Assembly (NCBI GenBank): GCA_964480775.1
Contig: CAYZRF010000007.1
Location: 30,001 to 62,000 of the forward strand
Length of the DNA stretch: 32,000 nt
Reading direction: 5' to 3'
Source: an uncultured Nitrososphaerota archaeon
Lineage (GTDB): Archaea > Korarchaeota > Korarchaeia > Korarchaeales > Korarchaeaceae
Part shown: piece after piece, positions 26,328 through 32,000 of the stretch
Numbering within the stretch: position 1 is the first letter of the stretch
Layout of the letters: each line of letters opens with the position of its first letter
Made by a program: the position numbers and the translations under genes
Notes under the pieces: model-generated
The model's input: only the letters and a program-made list of their open reading frames with translations
What the model was told of the DNA's origin: nothing
Database searches by the model: none

Positions 26328-27164
26328 GTGATATTAACGCAGTTCCTAGTATTCGTAGCCGCAAGTCTCATAGGAATCGTCGCTGCTATGGTTGGGATCG
26401 GTGGAGGAGCGCTCATGGTCCCTTTAATGATCCTCCTTCTAGGAGTAGAACCTCACAAAGCCGTAGGAACGAGCCTTCATGTAATTATTTTGACAGCAAC
26501 GTCGTCGACAATAGCTTACTACCTTCAGAGAAGGATTGATTTCAAGGTAGGGCTTTTGATGCCCCTTGTAACCATACCAGGATCGATTCTTGGAGCTTAC
26601 ACAACTAAATTTATCTCTCCCAAAGGAATTGTTGGAGTCTTCGGGGCTTTTCTGATCTTAATAGCTTTGAAAATGCTGACTTCTGGAGGAAAAGGGAAGA
26701 GTTCAAACGTGGAGAAGAATTCATCGCCCAAAGACGTAGATGAAGGGAAGAAGGATCTAAGAACCTTAGTTGATAGGGAGGGAAAGATCTTTACATACAG
26801 ACCAAAACTAAAGGCGGGTTTACTTCTTGGCTTTTCAGCTGGATTTGCTTCTGGTTTTTTGGGGATCGGTGGAGGAGCGCTCATGGTCCCAATCCTTAAC
26901 TTAGTGGTAGGATTACCAATTCACTTGGCTGTAGCCACTTCAATGTTCATCATGCTCTTTTCGGCATCATTTGGAGCGACAACGCACTTCTTGATGGGAA
27001 ATTTGATACCAGAGTACGTTGTCCTTTTGGGTGCGGGAGTTATATTAGGAGCACAGATAGGTGCCAGAACCGCCAAAAAACTCAGAGCATCTAGACTCAG
27101 GACAGCTTTCGCCATTGTTCTGATATTCACGGGACTAAGGATGTTGCTAAAAGCACTAGGCTAA
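26328..27164 (+). CDS. TauE/SafE-family (DUF81) anion exporter permease
   Basis: 278 aa with a GTG start. GIGGGALMVP is present in both halves, with a charged central loop. Divergent from the paralogue at 25285-26121. Confidence 0.8.
   Translation: MILTQFLVFVAASLIGIVAAMVGIGGGALMVPLMILLLGVEPHKAVGTSLHVIILTATSSTIAYYLQRRIDFKVGLLMPLVTIPGSILGAYTTKFISPKGIVGVFGAFLILIALKMLTSGGKGKSSNVEKNSSPKDVDEGKKDLRTLVDREGKIFTYRPKLKAGLLLGFSAGFASGFLGIGGGALMVPILNLVVGLPIHLAVATSMFIMLFSASFGATTHFLMGNLIPEYVVLLGAGVILGAQIGARTAKKLRASRLRTAFAIVLIFTGLRMLLKALG
26394..26422. repeat. copy 1 of a 29-bp perfect intragenic repeat in a TauE/SafE gene
   Basis: GGGATCGGTGGAGGAGCGCTCATGGTCCC is identical to 26862-26890. Encodes GIGGGALMVP in the first half of the protein. 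Confidence 0.9.
26862..26890. repeat. copy 2 of a 29-bp perfect intragenic repeat in a TauE/SafE gene
   Basis: Identical to 26394-26422. Encodes GIGGGALMVP in the second half of the protein. Confidence 0.9.
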
Positions 27165-27351
27165 CACCTCCTTTCTATTTTCTAGGATATACTTCTTTGC
27201 ACCACATCAGATCTTGCGGATTATTTGAAACTGTCTTTTAGAGCGCTCTTGGTTAGGTGCTTTTCAAAATAGTATTGCTTCAGATACTCAGAAAGCATTT
27301 CAAGTAAGGTAATTTGCTATTAACAGCTCTTATTAAGCTTTAACTTTGTTT

Positions 27352-28170
27352 TTACCCTCCAGGTATTGTTGGGGGCACAAACCTGAACTCAAAAGGATCG
27401 ATGAAGAACTTTGGTGTCCAAGTAGTGAGGGAGAAATAGATGATTATCGCTCCAGTCGCAACTGAGAGGATGAAGCTAGCTAGAACAGCCTTTCTAAACT
27501 CCAATTCGTAGATCAACCTGAAAGTTTTGTAGAATAAATATGCTTCCCATACCAAAAAGAGGAGGCTAACGACAAAAACATCCCATTCATTAAATCGATA
27601 GATGCTTTGGAGTTCTTCTAATACTTTTGTTGCAAGATAGGCTAAATGCCTTGTTGATTTTGCTTCAGCTAGATCAAAATCTATCACAACCTCTGAGGGA
27701 AGTCTTAAGAGATGTAAGGTGTAAATAGCGGTGATCCTAAGGCATTCTGGGATTAAAGTCGTTGAAAAAGCGGTAATGGCCGAAGAAAAGTATGCGCTTC
27801 CTTTCAATCCCTCGCCTAAGGCTTTCATAACTAGAATTCTAGCTAATATCGTGGCAATTAATACGCTCGGAACAATAAGAAGCGATTTTAGAACAACCAT
27901 ATTTAATGCTCTGTCCTCTATAAGCCAGATATCGGATGAGGATATCCAATAAGGTATGTTCATATAGTTGTACTTGATTCTACTAGAAATCTGATAGTTA
28001 CCAACTATTATCAAAAGAGACTGAAGAAGCCAGAGGAAAAAGAAAACCTCCAACTTAGACGCTCTAGAAATCCTAACAAACATTTTATCAGAGCCAAAGC
28101 TGGCTTTAAAGAATTCCAGCATTGAATATAGGGCTTTTCTACCCAATATGGGCCTTTTCTTTTCTCCCAT
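27352..28170 (-). CDS. polytopic membrane protein, function unknown
   Basis: 272-aa ORF with about 5-6 hydrophobic helices, 106 nt downstream of the ABC-2 permease on the same strand. No family recognised. Confidence 0.45.
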   Translation of the reverse strand: MGEKKRPILGRKALYSMLEFFKASFGSDKMFVRISRASKLEVFFFLWLLQSLLIIVGNYQISSRIKYNYMNIPYWISSSDIWLIEDRALNMVVLKSLLIVPSVLIATILARILVMKALGEGLKGSAYFSSAITAFSTTLIPECLRITAIYTLHLLRLPSEVVIDFDLAEAKSTRHLAYLATKVLEELQSIYRFNEWDVFVVSLLFLVWEAYLFYKTFRLIYELEFRKAVLASFILSVATGAIIIYFSLTTWTPKFFIDPFEFRFVPPTIPGG

Positions 28171-28276
28171 CCTTTTTCATCCGTGTTAAAACATTTTGCC
28201 TTTTAACAATAATGTCCACAATGGAAGATGATGTAACTTTGAAGGACCCAATAGTTACGATCAAGCAATTGTCCCC

Positions 28277-29131
28277 TCAGAGAATTTTGACAAAAGGACT
28301 AAATCGTACTTTGCTGAAATGAGGAAGTTTTGCTCCTTCATCCATTTTTTTACCTTTTTTCTTTCGAGGCCCAGCCCAATCTCTGAACTTAAAGTGAAGT
28401 TTTGTTCCGACTGAGAGAAAAATCATAGTGAATAAAAGTAGTGAAATTACATCTAAAATGGGTCCAAAGCTAGTTTTACCCTCTAATGCATGCCTTAGTA
28501 AATCGTTTGCATAAGTAAGTGGCGATAAAATTGTGATAGTACGGAAAAGACTTGGTATTTTCTCTATGGGTATGTATATCCCACTGATGAAGATTAAAGG
28601 CAGACGAACGAAGTTTAGAGCCATAGTCACATCTCCAGGATACTCGGTGGGGATTGAGGCGAACATAATACCCAATGCAGCAAAACAGACTGAAGAGAAG
28701 AGAAGTCCAACAATTAAAGAGAAAAAGCTCATCACCTTCAATCCAAACGCTAAAAGGCCAAAAGCAACAGGGATGATCCCTATCATAACGCTATACACTA
28801 CTCCAGCCATTACTTTTCCTAGTAAGATAGAATAAAAGGAAATTGGGGCTGCTAGCAATCTTTCAAATGTCTTCAATCTTCTCTCTAATGGAATAGAGAA
28901 TGGACCTATCGATGAAGAACTGAAAAGTATTATGATTGCTGTTAGTCCAGGAATCAGTGTGGAGATCGGTGCATTTTTTCCAACAGCAAAAGATAGGAAC
29001 ATAGAAAATGGAAACATTATCCCAAACATAATTGTCCCAGGCCTAGTGTAGTAAACCTTCATGTCTTTCTTTGCTATGGCCCAGGCCGCTAAAAGATCTC
29101 TTTTTAAGGCGTCAATAAACCCGTATCTCAA
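28277..29131 (-). CDS. ABC-2-type exporter permease
   Basis: 284 aa with six TM helices. Its start overlaps the ATPase stop by 4 nt. It has a basic 35-aa C-terminal tail. Confidence 0.75.
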   Translation of the reverse strand: MRYGFIDALKRDLLAAWAIAKKDMKVYYTRPGTIMFGIMFPFSMFLSFAVGKNAPISTLIPGLTAIIILFSSSSIGPFSIPLERRLKTFERLLAAPISFYSILLGKVMAGVVYSVMIGIIPVAFGLLAFGLKVMSFFSLIVGLLFSSVCFAALGIMFASIPTEYPGDVTMALNFVRLPLIFISGIYIPIEKIPSLFRTITILSPLTYANDLLRHALEGKTSFGPILDVISLLLFTMIFLSVGTKLHFKFRDWAGPRKKKGKKMDEGAKLPHFSKVRFSPFVKIL

Positions 29132-30078
29132 AACTTTCCCTCCCTCAAAGTTCCTTCAGTAAGTACAAGGAATACATCCTCAAGACTAGGTCCAAGAGTA
29201 TTAAGACTGATTATCCTAAGCCCGTTCTTATTAGTAAACTTCCAGAGCTCTTCAATGACCGTGGAAGGATCGGACGTGTAAAGCCTGAACTTATCTCCCT
29301 GCTTTAAAACCTCATTTACTGTTGGTAAGCCCCTTAACCCTTCAATCAATTTAGGTGTTGATGAGTTGAACGCCACAACAACTGACTGAACACTTTCTAT
29401 AGTCCTCTTAAGCTTTTCAGGAGTATCTATTGCTGCAATCCTTCCTTTGTTTATTATAGCAACCCTATCACAAATGAGATTAGCTTCCTCTATATTATGT
29501 GTGGTAAGAAAGATGGTCATCCCTTGATCATTTAATCTCTTTATCATATGCTTTATTGTCCTAGCAGAGGAAACATCAAGCCCAGAGGTGGGCTCATCGA
29601 GGAAAAGAAGCTCTGGGTCGTTTACCAACCCCATCGCTATTGTCAGTTTTCTCTTCATTCCTTTCGAAAAACCTTTTACTTTGTTCTTTCTCCTCTCATA
29701 TAACCCAAACATCTCTAAAAGATCCTTAGCCCTCTTTTCTCTTTGTTCTCTACTGACTCCATAAAGTTCTCCCGAAAATATAAGGTTGTCCCACGCAGAT
29801 AGGTCGTCATATACGTTAGAGGTCTCTGGAACAATGCCAATTCTCTTCTTAGCTTCTAGGGTTTCCTTAACTACATCATATCCGAATATTTTTGCAGTCC
29901 CCTCAGTAGGAGGGGTTAGACCAGTGAGCATTCTGATTGTAGTGGTCTTTCCAGCCCCGTTGGGGCCTAGGAAACCAAATATTTCACCCTTTCTTACCTC
30001 AAAGCTTATGTGATCTACAGCAAGTATCTCGCCATAATATTTAGTCAAATTATCTGTTTCTATTGCTATTTCACTCAT
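29128..30078 (-). CDS. ABC transporter ATP-binding protein (DrrA/ABC-2 type)
   Basis: Walker A GPNGAGKTT, signature FSKGMKRKLTIA, Walker B LLFLDEPTSGLD, H-loop TTHN. GGTGAGGG lies upstream of the ATG, 3 nt after the PadR stop. Confidence 0.9.
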   Translation of the reverse strand: MSEIAIETDNLTKYYGEILAVDHISFEVRKGEIFGFLGPNGAGKTTTIRMLTGLTPPTEGTAKIFGYDVVKETLEAKKRIGIVPETSNVYDDLSAWDNLIFSGELYGVSREQREKRAKDLLEMFGLYERRKNKVKGFSKGMKRKLTIAMGLVNDPELLFLDEPTSGLDVSSARTIKHMIKRLNDQGMTIFLTTHNIEEANLICDRVAIINKGRIAAIDTPEKLKRTIESVQSVVVAFNSSTPKLIEGLRGLPTVNEVLKQGDKFRLYTSDPSTVIEELWKFTNKNGLRIISLNTLGPSLEDVFLVLTEGTLREGKF

Positions 30079-30081
30079 TTC

Positions 30082-30450
30082 TCAACCCTCACCGAATTTT
30101 TTCTCATAAAAACGAAGTAGCTCCTCTATAATCCTTTTTCTTTCTTTGAGTATTTCGAGTCGTCTCTTGAGCACCTCAATGCCCTCTTTTGTGAGTGTGT
30201 AAACCCTTCTGTCAGCCCCACTTCCTTTCTCCCATTTCGAAGAGAGCAAACCCCTGCGTTCCATTCTTCTAAGGATTGTGTACATAACCCCCGTCTCAGG
30301 GGCATAAAGACCAGATGTAATCTTACTAATCTCTTCCATAATCTGATAGCCATGCATCGGTTTTTCATAGAGGATTCTGAGTGTTAAGAGCTGGATCAAG
30401 CTTATCGGTTCAAGACCGCATCTATGTGAACGCATCTTATGGCACATCAT
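30082..30450 (-). CDS. PadR-family transcriptional regulator
   Basis: PadR wHTH pattern LRILYEKPMHGYQIMEEI...GVMYTILRRMERRGLLSSKWE...RRVYTLTKEG, plus a C-terminal coiled helix. The start could be 30450, 30447 or 30435. Confidence 0.85.
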   Translation of the reverse strand: MMCHKMRSHRCGLEPISLIQLLTLRILYEKPMHGYQIMEEISKITSGLYAPETGVMYTILRRMERRGLLSSKWEKGSGADRRVYTLTKEGIEVLKRRLEILKERKRIIEELLRFYEKKFGEG

Positions 30451-30461
30451 ATGACTGGGCG

Positions 30462-30487
30462 ATATGTAACATCGTTACATATATAAA
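30462..30487 (-). promoter_or_regulatory. candidate PadR operator (perfect 9-3-9 palindrome) overlapping a TATA-like box
   Basis: ATATGTAAC-ATC-GTTACATAT occupies 30462-30482, 12-32 nt upstream of the PadR ATG. On the minus strand TTTATAT (30481-30487) lies immediately upstream. The core ATGT...ACAT resembles known PadR operators. Confidence 0.5.
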
Positions 30488-30539
30488 CGTTATACTTATC
30501 TTAACTAAAACTTCAAATAGAATGTGTAATCGGTGTTAT

Positions 30540-30545
30540 AAAAAA
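30540..30545 (-). terminator. oligo-T tract downstream of cdc48 (possible archaeal intrinsic terminator)
   Basis: T6 on the minus strand, about 32 nt after the cdc48 stop codon (30578-30580) and before the PadR promoter region. Confidence 0.3.
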
Positions 30546-30577
30546 GGGGAAGGGAGAAATAAATGAATTACCACAGT

Positions 30578-32000
<1,423 letters not shown>

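Noticed and set aside
27165-27175. Strong Shine-Dalgarno-like GAAAGGAGGTG on the minus strand, just after the TauE stop.
   Set aside because: The only downstream ORF is about 9 codons long and antisense to the TauE gene. It is probably a coincidence.
28228-28317. Possible C/D-box sRNA: ATGATGT at 28228-28234 and CTGA at 28314-28317.
   Set aside because: The C box is imperfect (last base T instead of A). The spacing of about 90 nt is too long, there are no internal C'/D' boxes or terminal stem, and the D box lies inside the 3' end of the ABC-2 permease gene.

Overview
All calls come from reading the sequence and recognising motifs; no database or HMM search was run. The window looks like densely coding (about 90%) core chromosome of a hyperthermophilic euryarchaeon, probably Thermococcales-like. 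That placement is an inference from four things: a CDC48/VCP ATPase, A/T-rich TATA boxes about 25-35 nt upstream of start codons, GAGGTGA-type ribosome-binding sites with frequent GTG/TTG starts, and E/K/I/V-rich proteins.

I support 32 CDSs:
- A trio of a bitopic membrane protein, a wHTH protein and a small membrane protein, directly downstream of the transporter below.
- A five-gene Opp/Dpp-family ABC importer with a 898-aa anchored binding protein.
- A malic enzyme.
- A trio of a GT-C-like membrane protein, a small Cys protein and a secreted transglutaminase-like protein.
- A run of a YkgJ-like Cys-cluster protein, a DtxR/MntR repressor, an ABC ATPase, a permease and a bitopic protein.
- A Bat-like DUF58 / TM / vWA / vWA operon, with a MoxR ATPase nearby on the other strand.
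- A PRC-barrel-like protein and an SDR.
- Two TauE/SafE permeases plus a DUF1634-like gene.
- A PadR / ABC-2 exporter operon followed by an orphan membrane protein.
- The C-terminal two thirds of CDC48.

I saw no rRNA, tRNA, CRISPR array, integrase, transposase or other mobile-element signature, so this reads as an ordinary rather than an accessory region.

The most system-like uncharacterised content is:
- the MoxR/DUF58/vWA membrane module;
- the GT-C-like/transglutaminase-like surface trio;
- the wHTH-containing trio fused to the end of the opp operon.

Sequence-level observations:
- an 80-bp perfectly identical tract shared by the two opp ATPase genes (gene conversion);
- a perfect 9-3-9 palindrome at the PadR promoter;
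- DtxR-box-like repeats flanking the TATA box of the downstream ABC operon;
- shared TATA boxes in two very short divergent intergenic regions.
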